Assembly (NCBI GenBank): GCA_964016885.1
Contig: OZ024740.1
Span: 20,522,001 to 20,586,000, forward strand
DNA: 64,000 bases
Origin: Eledone cirrhosa
Lineage: Eukaryota
Direction: 5' to 3'
Shown: positions 22,358 through 36,100 of the stretch, piece by piece
Numbering within the stretch: the stretch's first letter is position 1
Layout: each line of letters begins with the position of its first letter
Translations under genes and position numbers: made by a program
The notes under the pieces: model-generated
The model's input: the letters and a program-made list of their open reading frames with translations, nothing else
Told to the model about the DNA's origin: nothing
The model's database searches: none

Positions 22358-22547
22358 ATCTATCTATCTTTCTATCTATCTATGTATCTCAATATATATA
22401 AATATATGTGTGTGTGTGTATACGTGTGCGCGTGTGTGCGTGTGCGTGTATACTTGCGCGTGTGTGTGTATGTGTATGTATACCTGTGTGTGTGCGTGTA
22501 TACCTGTGCGTGTATACCTGTGCGTGTGTGTGTGTATACCTGTATAC

Positions 22548-22640
<93 letters not shown>

Positions 22641-22652
22641 CGTGTATGTGTG
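22358..22652. repeat. (TATC)n and (TG)n microsatellites
   Basis: Directly visible. Confidence 0.9.
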
Positions 22653-22745
22653 AGCATATGTAGCAATATCTGTAGATGTGAAAAGGAATAAAGAAACAGA
22701 GCTCAATCAGGACGAGAGCAGAAATATTATATTATTTATGACACG

Positions 22746-22935
22746 ATAAAGGGCGGTGAATTGGCAGTATCGGTAGAGGGTTGGACGCCATGCTTTCTAG
22801 CATAGTTACGTCCCTTTACGGTCTGAGTGCAAATACCGCCGAGGTTGACTTTGCCTTTCATCCTTACGGGGTCGATAAAATAAAGTACCAGTAATGTACT
22901 GGATAATTGGTGGCCTTGTGCCTAAAGTAGAAACA
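22746..22935 (+). mobile_element. tRNA-derived SINE with 15-bp target-site duplication
   Basis: A-box-like TGGCAGTATCGG and B-box-like GAGTGCAAATACC; TSD ATTATTTATGACACG at 22731-22745 and 22936-22950; three related copies in the window. Confidence 0.8.
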
Positions 22936-23591
22936 ATTATTTATGACACGGAAAAAAAGTTTCAAAGGCCACAAACTGGTAATAACGCCCGCAGAAAGGT
23001 CACTATTTTTATGCCTCATGTTTTCTGGAGGTCTGCTCAAATGTGGACCTTGAAACATTGGGTAGCGCCTTTGTTTCGTGTAGGAACATAAATAAATAAT
23101 ATAATATTTCTCTCTTCGGATTTTGATCTTATATATATATACGTATATGACCTTTCCTCCTTGTCACAACTAGTTGACACCAGTTTCAACTCCGCACCTA
23201 TAACTTCACCTCCCACTCCATGTTCCTCACACCCACACAGCTTTTTTCACAACATATTCCCAACATCGTGTGTTTGCATATTATACACGGGTGAATATGC
23301 ACCTCTCTTTATCTGCATTAGATAATGGTGTGAGTGTGGTGCACACACACACATACATATATATATATAGCAGTGCATATGTTTCACGGAAAATATCTGT
23401 ATACATACATATATACATACATACATACATACATGGTGGCTGCCAACTCGTTTTCGAGTACAGCCACTACTTTATATCCATGTAGGAGAACCCCTACCAT
23501 TACCTCAATGGCCAAGAAAACCCACACAGATAGATAGAACAGGTGGACCAGAGCCATACGGACACCCGAAAACCACGATGAACTGAAGAAA

Positions 23592-24940
23592 ATGATTGCA
23601 CATGCGGTAGGGGCCAGCAGAAAACTAACCCTTAAGGAACATATGTTCAAATTTAATGGAAAAACATATGCCCAAGAGGAAGGAGCAGCCAGTGGTGTTA
23701 GCATTGCAGGCGACATAGCTAACTTATTCATGGTATGGTGGGACAGTAGACTTAAACTTAAACTTAAAGAACAATTAGAAGACCCCTTAACCCTGATAAT
23801 GTACTCCCGCTACGTAGATGATATAAACATCGTAGTTAAGACACCCCCACTAGAGAACAGTCAGGAACTAGAGAAAAACACAATGGAAAGCATCCAGCAA
23901 ATAGCAAACTCCATCCACCAGAGCATTAGAGTTACTATAGACTACCCAAGTAAACACCCCAACCATCGATTACCTGTACTAGACACAGAGCTCTGGTTAG
24001 ATACCATTAACAATAAAAAACAAATCCTCCATTCCCATTATGCCAAATCCATGACTTCCAAACATCTGATCCACCGAAACTCGGCCATTTCGGACCATAC
24101 CAAAATCAACATACTGATTGCGGATTTGGTACGGGTGATGAGAAATGTGTCCCGCATGTGCAACCCCGAAGAACTAGAGAGACACATACAACACTTCATC
24201 CACCGTATGCAGTTCTCTGGCTACAATCAGAGAGATAGAATCAGAGTGTATAGAGGAGCCAGAACCAAATGGGAAAAAATGGTAAATAATGACATAAATG
24301 GGACCTGCCCCTTGTATAGGAGCAAATTTTGGATTAGAATAGAAAGAACTAGGAACAAGACTAATAGAATAAACTCATGGTATGATAGCAATAAATACCA
24401 GAGTGTAATGTTCATCGATACAACCCCTAGCGGTGAACTAGCTTACAAATTTAGAAGGGCCCTAAATAAACATAAACTCAATATTAAGATAGTAGAAAGA
24501 CCAGGTACCTCCGTAAAAACACTTATTAGCAAGACATACCCTTTTCAAAGACCCTCATGTATAGATAAGAAATGTGTAACCTGTAAAATAAGCCCCCATA
24601 TTAACTGTAAAACTAGAAATGTACTGTATAGCATAAGATGTACTGAAGGACAATGTAGAGACAAAAATATAGTGTACATAGGTGAGACAGCTCGTAGTGT
24701 AGGGGAAGGGATAAATGAACACTGGCGAGACCTTCAAGATAATAAAGAATCATCTGTACTCTACCAACATGCTAAGATAGAACACAAGGGTAAATTAGAG
24801 AACATAGAAATAAAATAGAATCTACACACAGAAAAGATGCAATGTTTAGACAAATTACAGAGGCAATAAACATAAAAGAATTACAACCAAAATTAAATAG
24901 AAAATATGAGTGGAACAGCAACATCACAACTTACAATTAA
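23592..24940 (+). pseudogene. PLE RT (YSRYVDD) + GIY-YIG with a 1-nt deletion frameshift at ~24812
   Basis: QEEGAASG...IANLFM, YSRYVDD, LPVLDT, YIGETAR. AAATAAAATAG here versus AAATAAAAATAG in copy 1 (8748-8758). Confidence 0.88.
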
Positions 24941-25125
24941 GGACAAAATGAAAACACACACACATAGAACAAACAAGCAACCAGTAACATGTAAATAAAC
25001 AAATAGATAAATGAACATAAACACACAGACACCCGGATGTGGCGCATGCGCAGACTGAGCACACAACACACACACAGAAACAAAATGGCGTAGGAGAGGC
25101 ACAGAAACAAAGAAAGGAATCCCCA

Positions 25126-25168
25126 GTCACTGAAGAGGTCACAGAGTGTGTGACGAAAGAACTATGAC
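25126..25168 (+). ncRNA. Minimal hammerhead-like motif, identical to 9066-9108
   Basis: Same sequence as in copy 1. Confidence 0.65.
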
Positions 25169-25385
25169 GATATATAAACAACTATTTGGTTGTGGAACCA
25201 ACCAACCAACCAGAAATTTATAAATTTATAAATTTATTATAAATTTATTATAATAAATTGAAGTGAAAGCAACTGGTGCGTGTGTTTCTTATTGGCAACA
25301 TGACCCTCCCAAAGTATAACAATATCGGTTTCAACACACGATTTCAGATAAAGAATCTTGCTCTTGCTAAACAAATTCAGAAACG

Positions 25386-25489
<104 letters not shown>

Positions 25490-25491
25490 GA

Positions 25492-25736
25492 TGGCTGCAA
25501 ACTTTGTTAAGAGTATTGCAATTGCTTGGAGGATTACAGAGTTTGGTGCACTTTTAGGCTACAGAGAATGGAATTGGTCGAGTGCAAGACCTTTACCCAC
25601 TTAAGAAACCTTCAAAGCACAGGCAATGCTTGTTGAGGGTCTGTTACAGGTTCGTGCGGCTGACCGTAGCCTAAAAGGGCACCATTATCTGTAATCTGAC
25701 AAACGATTGCAATACTCTTAACAGAGTTTGCAGCCA
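25492..25736. repeat. Imperfect inverted repeat (~70-bp arms) resembling RTE 3' tails
   Basis: TGGCTGCAAACTTTGTTAAGAGTATTGCAAT...CTTTTAGGCTAC versus GTAGCCTAAAAG...ATTGCAATACTCTTAACAGAGTTTGCAGCCA. Confidence 0.75.
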
Positions 25737-25737
25737 A

Positions 25738-25854
<117 letters not shown>

Positions 25855-25989
25855 TCGGGTGTCTGTTTCCATACGTATACCTTTATGTATACATTTTTAA
25901 TTCTTTTAACTATTTTTTTAAACATTTAAAAAAAAAACTTTTAAAATCTTTCAATCTTTTCATATATATCCCCAAAAGACAAAAATATT

Positions 25990-28900
25990 GAACCATGATA
26001 ATGTACGAAGTAATGGCAATGGGGGCTCTCGAACTGATGGTGAAAGGGTCTGGCTCTGCAGGTGCCCGGTGGCACTGAAGCATGGGCCCGGTCGTCATCC
26101 TGCCACTGCGAAGAAGTTGAAATCTATGAATATTGGTTGTTGGAACATCCGGACCTTATTAGATTTGGTGTCTTCAGAATGACGACCAGAAAGATCAGCT
26201 CTTGTTGCCAAAGATCTGGGACGATATAATATGGATATTGTTGCCTTATATGAAAGAAGGCTACTCGAGGAATGTCATATCACTGAGATGTCTAGTGGCT
26301 ATACGTTTTACTGGAGTGGCAGAGCAGCAGGATGAAAAGGGGAGGCAGGTGTGGATTTTGCAGTGAAAATGTCTTTGGTGTCGACGCTTGACCAGTTTCC
26401 AAGTGGCATCAGTGATCGTCTCATGTCAATGAGAATTCCTCTGATGTACAATCGCTACCTTACCATTGTCACTGTATATGCCCCGGCAATGAACTCCAAT
26501 GAAGACGAGAAACTCGCCTTTTACAGGTCTTTGAAGGAACTTGTCAAAAAGATTCCTTCAGCAGACAAAATTGTCGTACTTGGTGATTTCAACGCACATG
26601 TTGGCAGGGATTATGAAACTTGGGATGTGATCGGCAGACATAGGGAAATATAACAGCAATGGTCTCCTCTTGCTACAGATGTGTGTGGAGTTAGATTTGT
26701 TCATTGCAAGCACGATGTTCTAACAAAAGGAAAAGTTCAAGACAACAAAAGGATAAGTTCAAGACAACGATGTTCTAACAAAAGGATAAGTTCTAACAAA
26801 AGAATAAGTTCAAGACAACATCCTGAGTCGAAAATGTGGCATCTGATCGACTATGTTCTTGTGAAGAAATGTGATATACAGGATATCAAGCATGTGCATG
26901 TTCTGCGTAGCGCAGACTGCTGGACAGACCATCGTCTGTGGCGCGCTAAAGCAAACTTCGTGATCAAACCTCAAACAAGAGCAAATGGTGTCAAGATTCC
27001 AAGGCACTTGAATATAGATCGTATGAAAGATAAGGGTGTCAAGGAAGAGTGCGGCGCAGGCTTGAAAGTATTGATTGTGCGAACAACTGGAATAACCTCA
27101 TGAACTCGGTCTATGATGTTTTAGCAGAGGTCCCTGGTTTTGTCACAAGAAAACGCAAGGACTGGTTTGATGAGAATGACCAGGAAGTCAAGGCTCTACT
27201 GGACACAAAACAAAAGACATTCGATGCAGTTCTTAAAGGTGGTAGATCTGTTTTTGACAATTATGAGCGTTACAGACAGGTAAAGAATGAAGTGCAGGTG
27301 AAACTCAGGGGCATGCAAAATACCTGGTGGAGCAACAAAGCAGATGAAGTTCAAGCAACACCTAATGGCAACAATGTGAAACTGCTGCACACTCTACTCA
27401 GAGAGGTGTATGGCCCTTTCAGCCCAGCAGTGACACCCTTGAGATTGAAAGATGGCAAGCAGTTACTGTGCGAGAGATCACTTTGATGAGCTCTTGAACC
27501 AACCATCCCAGGTTGATGATGATTTCATTTGCTCCATTCCTATTGAACCAGTGAAACATGAGATAGCTGATGCACCTTCTCTTGCAGAGGTGACTTCTGC
27601 TGTGCATAAGCTGAACTGTGGTAAATCCCCTGGTATGGATAGTCTGAGTGCAGAGGTTTTGAAGTGCGGTGATGAAAACTTCATGCAGTGCCTGACTGAC
27701 CTCATGAAAAAGGCGTGGGAAGATGAGAATGTCCCACAAGATTGGAAGGATGCGCTCATGGGAATTATCGTGGCATATCACTTCTTTCAGTGGTTAGTAA
27801 AGTCATGTATCGAATTTTGATGGATAGATTAATCTCGAAGGTTGCTCTGAATGTGCTGCCTGAGTCGCAGTGTGGGTTCAGAAACGATAAAGGAACAGTG
27901 GATATGATCTTTTCTGCTCGGCAGCTGCAAGAAAAGTGTATAGAATAATGTATGGACTTTTACCAGGTCTTTGTTGATTTGACAAAGACCTTTGACATCG
28001 TCAATCGAACTACGTTGTGGAAAATTTTGGAAAAACTTGGCTGCCCTGGAAAAGAATACACTACACCAAGTGTGTACGTGAACGGAAAGAGGCTAAAAGT
28101 TGCTAACAAGTTTGTTTACCTTGGTAGTACGTTGAACAATTCATGCACACTTGATGATGAGATATCCTTAAGAATCAAGAAAGCCAGTGATATGCTTTTG
28201 GACGGCTGAATGAACGTTTGTGGTCCAGACGAGGTAATACCATCGAAACCAAGGGGAAAGTGTATCTGACTTGTGTCGTTTCCTCCTTGCTTTATGCTTG
28301 TGAAACGTGGATCACATACAGAAAGGACCTCAAGGAACTGGAGAGGTTTCACCAACAATCTCTTCGTAAGATACTTGGGGTGCGATGGAAAATGTTCGTC
28401 AGTGATTTCGAAGTTCTCAAACGGAGTAGGTGCGTGACTATAGAGAGCATGATCTTTCGGCATCGGTTGAGGTGGTGCGGAAACGTGGTTCGGATGTCTG
28501 ATGATTGTATTCCAAAGCAACTTCTCTACGGAGAAGGGTGTGAAGGAAGGCGACCACCACACAAACCAAAAATGTGGTACCGGGACTGTATCAGGGGCAC
28601 CTTGGCTTGTGCTAGAATTTCGTCTGAGGAATGGGAGAAAATGGCTGAGGAGCGTGTGAAGTGGAGACGTTTGATCATGTCAGGTAGTGAACACTTTGAA
28701 ACTCGTCGAAGGGAACACCTAACACTGAAAAGGAAGGTAAGGAAAGGAGACTGTTATGAACTGCCTGCTGTTGAGCAACATCTAGTTTGCCAGTACTGTG
28801 GTCAAGTCTGCCGGAGTAAAGCTGGTTTGACTAGACACGGACAAAGTCATATCAGTAGACCTCATGTAGATTATGATCTGAAAAGGTGTAAGGAATGTGG

Positions 28901-29110
28901 CAAGGAATGTGTTAGCATGGGTCTTAAAAGACACATGAGAACACACAGCCAGAACCAAGCAGTGGAAAGTCCCGGAGGAGTCTACTGTTGCCATGTGTGT
29001 GCCAGAGGGTGCAAGTCTTTGGCTGGTTTAAAGAGCCACATTCGTGCCTCACATTTTTGAGCATTTTATCAGGCGATGGCAATGCTCGAACACGAGTTTG
29101 CGGCCATCAT
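25990..29110 (+). mobile_element. RTE-clade LINE, decayed: APE endonuclease, RT with internal deletion, three C-terminal C2H2 fingers
   Basis: IGCWNIRTL (~26130), VYAP, LGDFNA, IDYVLV, TDHRL, KSPGMD, NYRGISLLS, QCGFR...DMIF, FVDLTKTFD, FVYLGS, LLYACETW, RLRWCG, PKQLLYG. Multiple stops and frameshifts. 3' tail ends GAGTTTGCGGCCATCAT. Confidence 0.9.
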
Positions 29111-29115
29111 ATGCA

Positions 29116-29639
<524 letters not shown>

Positions 29640-29782
29640 TAGCTCTCTGTCTTTCTGTCTATCTACCTCTCTATCTGATTAGTAATGTTTTCTGATTCGG
29701 GTCAAGGTGAATAAGAAACTGAAAGCAACCCTAACCATACAAACATATTTCCCTCGTCTTATTAAAAAATTTATTGTAAAAT

Positions 29783-29935
29783 ATCGGTAGAAGGTAGGAC
29801 GCTATGATTTGCAGCATAGAGTTAAGCCACTTTATACTCTGAGTTCAAATCCTGCTGAGGTTAACTTTGCCTTTCATCTTTACGGGGTCGATAAAATAAA
29901 ATACCAGTATATGACTGGGATAATTGCTGGCCTTG
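29783..29935 (+). mobile_element. SINE copy (diverged)
   Basis: GAGTTCAAATCC B-box followed by GAGGTTAACTTTGCCTTTCATC...GGGGTCGATAAAATAAA, as in 22746-22935. Confidence 0.75.
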
Positions 29936-30148
29936 ATATGAATCACTTACAATAACATTTTTTTGCCGGAGATAGATTAGCAAAATCTAATTAGCAGGGA
30001 CGTTGGAAAAAAATCTGAAAATTATAATTATTCAAGACCTAGGAGTATGTCGCATTTCTTTATTTCCTTCTTCCTTGTGCACCAGTACACGTCGCCTTGT
30101 CCTTCTTTTTCAATCTTCTGTTACATATGCCAGTCCTCCACCACCTCC

Positions 30149-33100
30149 CTGACCACTGGCCGCTGATCTCTGTCATGTGAGGTATTGTTGTCCATCACTG
30201 TCCTTGACTGCTGACCACTGGCCGCTGATCTCTGTCATGTGAGGTATTGTTGTCCATCACTGTCATTGACTGCTGACCACTGGCCGCTGATCTCTGTCAT
30301 GTGAGGTATTGTTGTCCATCACTGTCATTGACTGCTGACCACTGGTCGCTGATCTCTGTCATGTGAGGTATTGTTGTCCATCACTGTCATTGACTGCTGA
30401 CCACTGGTCGCTGATCTCTGTCATCTGAGCTAATGTTGTCCATCACTGTCATTGACTGCTGACCACTGGCCGCTGATCTCTGTCATGTGAGGTATTGTGG
30501 TCCATCACTGTCATTGACTGTTGACCACTGGTCGCTGATCTCTGTCATGTGAGGTATTGTTGTCCATCACTGTCATTGACTGCTGACCACTGGTCGCTGA
30601 TCTCTGTCATCTGAGCTAATGTTGTCCATCACTGTCATTGACTGCTGACCACTGGCCGCTGATCTCTGTCATGTGAGGTATTGTGGTCCATCACTGTCAT
30701 TGACTGTTGACCACTGGTCGCTGATCTCTGTCATGTGAGGTATTGTTGTCCATCACTGTCATTGACTGCTGACCACTGGTCGCTGATCTCTGTCATCTGA
30801 GCTAATGTTGTCCATCACTGTCATTGACTGCTGACCACTGGCCGCTGATCTCTGTCATGTGAGGTATTGTTGTCCATCACTGTCATTGACTGCTGACCAC
30901 TGGTCGCTGATCTCAGTCATCTGAGCTAATGTTGTCCATCACTGTCATTGACTGCTGACCACTGGCCGCTGATCTCTGTCATGTGAGGTAATGTTGTCCA
31001 TCACTGTCATTGACTGCTGACCACTGGTCGCTGATCCCTGTCATGTGAGGTAATGTTGTCCATCACTGTCATTGACTGCCTACCACTGGTCGCTGATCTC
31101 TGTCATGTGAGGTAATGTTGTCCATCACTGTCATTGATGCTGACCACTGGCCGCTGATCTCTGTCATGTGAGGTAATGTTGTCCATCACTGTCATTGACT
31201 GCTGACCACTGGTCGCTGATCTCTTTCATGTGAGGTATTGTTGTCCATCACTGTCCTTGACTGCTGACCACTGGCCGCTGATCTGTCATGTGAGGTATTG
31301 TTGTCCATCACTGTCATTGACTGCTGACCACTGGCCGCTGTCTCTGTCATGTGAGGTATTGTTGTCCATCACTGTCATTGACTGCTGACCACTGGTCGCT
31401 GATCTCTGTCATGTGAGGTATTGTTGTCCATCACTGTCATTGACTGCCTACCACTGGTCGCTGATCTCTGTCATGTGAGGTAATGTTGTCCATCACTGTC
31501 ATTGACTGCCTACCACTGGTCGCTGATCTCTGTCATGTGAGGTAATGTTGTCCATCACTGTCATTGACTGCTGACCACTGGCCGCTGATCTCTGTCATGT
31601 GAGGTAATGTTGTCCATCACTGTCATTGACTGCTGACCACTGGTCGCTGATCTCTTTCATGTGAGGTATTGTTGTCCATCACTGTCCTTGACTGCTGACC
31701 ACTGGCCGCTGATCTCTGTCATGTGAGGTATTGTTGTCCATCACTGTCATTGACTGCTGACCACTGGTCGCTGATCTCTGTCATGTGAGGTATTGTTGTC
31801 CATCACTGTCATTGACTGCCTACCACTGGTCGCTGATCTCTGTCATGTGAGGTATTGTTGTCCATCACTGTCATTGACTGCTGACCACTGGTCGCTGATC
31901 TCTGTCATGTGAGGTATTGTTGTCCATCACTGTCATTGACTGCTGACCACTGGTCGCTGATCTCTGTCATGTGAGGTAATGTTGTCCATCACTGTCATTG
32001 ACTGCTGACCACTGGTCGCTGATCTCTGTCATGTGAGGTATTGTTGTCCATCACTGTCATTGACTGCTGACCACTGGTCCCTGATCTCTGTCATGTGAGG
32101 TAATGTTGTCCATCACTGTCATTGACTGCTGACCACTGGTCGCTGATCTCTGTCATGTGAGGTATTGTTGTCCATCACTGTCATTGACTGCTGATCACTG
32201 GTCGCTGATCTCTGTCATGTGAGGTAATGTTGTCCATCACTGTCATTGACTGCTGACCACTGGTCGCTGATCTCTGTCATGTGAGGTATTGTTGTCCATC
32301 ACTGTCATTGACTGCTGACCACTGGTCGCTGATCTCTTTCATGTGAGGTATTGTTGTCCATCACTGTCATTGACTGCTGACCACTGGCCGCTGATCTCTG
32401 TCATGTGAGGTATTGTTGTCCATCACTGTCATTGACTGCTGACCACTGGCCGCTGATATCTGTCATGTGAGGTAATGTTGTCCATCACTGTCATTGACTG
32501 CTGACCACTGGTCGCTGATCTCTGTCATGTGAGGTAATGTTGTCCAACACTGTCATTGACTGCTGACCACTGGTCGCTGATCTCTGTCATGTGAGGTAAT
32601 GTTGTCCATCACTGTCATTGACTGCTGACCACTGGTCGCTGATCTCTGTCATGTGAGGTATTGTTGTCCATCACTGTCATTGACTGCTGACCACTGGCCG
32701 CTGATCTCTGTCATGTGAGGTATTGTTGTCCATCACTGTCATTGACTGCTGACCACTGGCCGCTGATCTCTGTCATGTGAGGTATTGTTGTCCATCACTG
32801 TCATTGACTGCTGACCACTTGTTGCTGATCTCTGTCATGTGATTTATTGTTGTCCATCACTGTCATTGACTGCTGACCACTGGTCGCTGATCTCTGTCAT
32901 GTGAGGTATTGTTGTCCATCACTGTCATTGACTGCTGACCACTGGTCGCTGATCTCTGTCATGTGAGGTATTGTTGTCCATCACTGTCATTGACTGCTGA
33001 CCACTGGTCGCTGATCTCTGTCATGTGAGGTATTGTTGTCCATCACTGTCATTGACTTCTGACCACTGGTCGTTGATCTCTGTCATGTGAGGTAATGTTG

Positions 33101-36100
33101 TCCATCACTGTCATTGACTGCTGACCACTGGTCGGTGATCTCTGTCATGCGAGGTATTTTTGTCCATCATTGTCATTGACTGCTGACCACTGGTCGCTGA
33201 TCTCTGTCATGTGAGGTATTGTTGTCCATCACTGTCATTGACTGCTGACCACTGGTCGCTGATCTCTGTCATGTGAGGTATTGTTGTCCATCACTGTCAT
33301 TGACTTCTGACCACTGGTCGCTGATCTCTGTCATGTGAGGTAATGTTGTCCATCACTGTCATTGACTGCTGACCACTGGCCGCTGATCTCAGTCATGTGA
33401 GATATTGTTGTCCATCACTGTCATTGACTGCTGACCACTGGTCGCTGATCTTGTCATGTGAGGTATTGTTGTCCATCACTGTCATTGACTGCTGACCACT
33501 GGCCGCTGATCTCTGTCATGTGAGGTATTGTGGTCCATCACTGTCATTGACTGTTGACCACTGGTCGCTGATCTCTGTCATGTGAGGTATTGTTGTCCAT
33601 CACTGTCATTGACTGCTGACCACTGGTCGCTGATCTCTGTCATCTGAGCTAATGTTGTCCATCACTGTCATTGACTGCTGACCACTGTCCGCTGATCTCT
33701 GTCATGTGAGGTATTGTGGTCCATCACTGTCATTGACTGTTGACCACTGGTCGCTGATCTCTGTCATGTGAGGTATTGTTGTCCATCACTGTCATTGACT
33801 GCTGACCACTGGTCGCTGATCTCTGTCATCTGAGCTAATGTTGTCCATCACTGTCATTGACTGCTGACCACTGGCCGCTGATCTCTGTCATGTGAGGTAT
33901 TGTTGTCCATCACTGTCATTGACTGCTGACCACTGGTCGCTGATCTCAGTCATCTGAGCTAATGTTGTCCATCACTGTCATTGACTGCTGACCACTGGTC
34001 GCTGATCTCTGTCATGTGAGGTAATGTTGTCCATCACTGTCATTGACTGCTGACCACTGGTCGCTGATCCCTGTCATGTGAGGTAATGTTGTCCATCACT
34101 GTCATTGACTGCCTACCACTGGTCGCTGATCTCTGTCATGTGAGGTAATGTTGTCCATCACTGTCATTGACTGCTGACCACTGGCCGCTGATCTCTGTCA
34201 TGTGAGGTAATGTTGTCCATCACTGTCATTGACTGCTGACCACTGGTCGCTGATCTCTTTCATGTGAGGTATTGTTGTCCATCACTGTCCTTGACTGCTG
34301 ACCACTGGCCGCTGATCTGTCATGTGAGGTATTGTTGTCCATCACTGTCATTGACTGCTGACCACTGGCCGCTGTCTCTGTCATGTGAGGTATTGTTGTC
34401 CATCACTGTCATTGACTGCTGACCACTGGTCGCTGATCTCTGTCATGTGAGGTATTGTTGTCCATCACTGTCATTGACTGCCTACCACTGGTCGCTGATC
34501 TCTGTCATGTGAGGTAATGTTGTCCATCACTGTCATTGACTGCCTACCACTGGTCGCTGATCTCTGTCATGTGTGGTAATGTTGTCCATCACTGTCATTG
34601 ACTGCTGACCACTGGCCGCTGATCTCTGTCATGTGAGGTAATGTTGTCCATCACTGTCATTGACTGCTGACCACTGGTCGCTGATCTCTTTCATGTGAGG
34701 TATTGTTGTCCATCACTGTCCTTGACTGCTGACCACTGGCCGCTGATCTCTGTCATGTGAGGTATTGTTGTCCATCACTGTCATTGACTGCTGACCACTG
34801 GCCGCTGATCTCTGTCATGTGAGGTATTGTTGTCCATCACTGTCATTGACTGCTGACCACTGGTCGCTGATCTCTGTCATGTGAGGTATTGTTGTCCATC
34901 ACTGTCATTGACTGCCTACCACTGGTCGCTGATCTCTGTCATGTGAGGTATTGTTGTCCATCACTGTCATTGACTGCTGACCACTGGTCGCTGATCTCTG
35001 TCATGTGAGGTATTGTTGTCCATCACTGTCATTGACTGCTGACCACTGGCCGCTGATCTCTATCATGTGAGGTATTGTTGTCCATCACTGTCATTGACTG
35101 CTGACCACTGGTCGCTGATCTCTGTCATGTGAGGTATTGTTGTCCATCACTGTCATTGACTGCTGACCACTGGTCGCTGATCTCTGTCATGTGAGGTATT
35201 GTTGTCCATCACTGTCATTGACTGCTGACCACTGGTCCCTGATCTCTGTCATGTGAGGTAATGTTGTCCATCACTGTCATTGACTGCTGACCACTGGTCG
35301 CTGATCTCTGTCATGTGAGGTATTGTTGTCCATCACTGTCATTGACTGCTGACCACTGGTCGCTGATCTCTGTCATGTGAGGTAATGTTGTCCATCACTG
35401 TCATTGACTGCTGACCACTGGTCGCTGATCTCTGTCATGTGAGGTATTGTTGTCCATCACTGTCATTGACTGCTGACCACTGGTCGCTGATCTCTTTCAT
35501 GTGAGGTATTGTTGTCCATCACTGTCATTGACTGCTGACCACTGGCCGCTGATCTCTGTCATGTGAGGTATTGTTGTCCATCACTGTCATTGACTGCTGA
35601 CCACTGGCCGCTGATATCTGTCATGTGAGGTAATGTTGTCCATCACTGTCATTGACTGCTGACCACTGGTCGCTGATCTCTGTCATGTGAGGTATTGTTG
35701 TCCATCACTGTCATTGACTGCTGACCACTGGTCGCTGATCTCTGTCATCTGAGCTAATGTTGTCCATCACTGTCATTGACTGCTGACCACTGGCCGCTGA
35801 TCTCTGTCATGTGAGGTATTGTGGTCCATCACTGTCATTGACTGTTGACCACTGGTCGCTGATCTCTGTCATGTGAGGTATTGTTGTCCATCACTGTCAT
35901 TGACTGCTGACCACTGGTCGCTGATCTCTGTCATCTGAGCTAATGTTGTCCATCACTGTCATTGACTGCTGACCACTGGCCGCTGATCTCTGTCATGTGA
36001 GGTATTGTGGTCCATCACTGTCATTGACTGTTGACCACTGGTCGCTGATCTCTGTCATGTGAGGTATTGTTGTCCATCACTGTCATTGACTGCTGACCAC

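Noticed and set aside
22746-22850. tRNA gene
   Set aside because: A/B-box-like motifs are present but there is no cloverleaf; the TSD and multiple copies indicate a SINE.
28780-29060. Host C2H2 zinc-finger gene
   Set aside because: The fingers are in frame with the RTE ORF C-terminus and lack TGEKP linkers.
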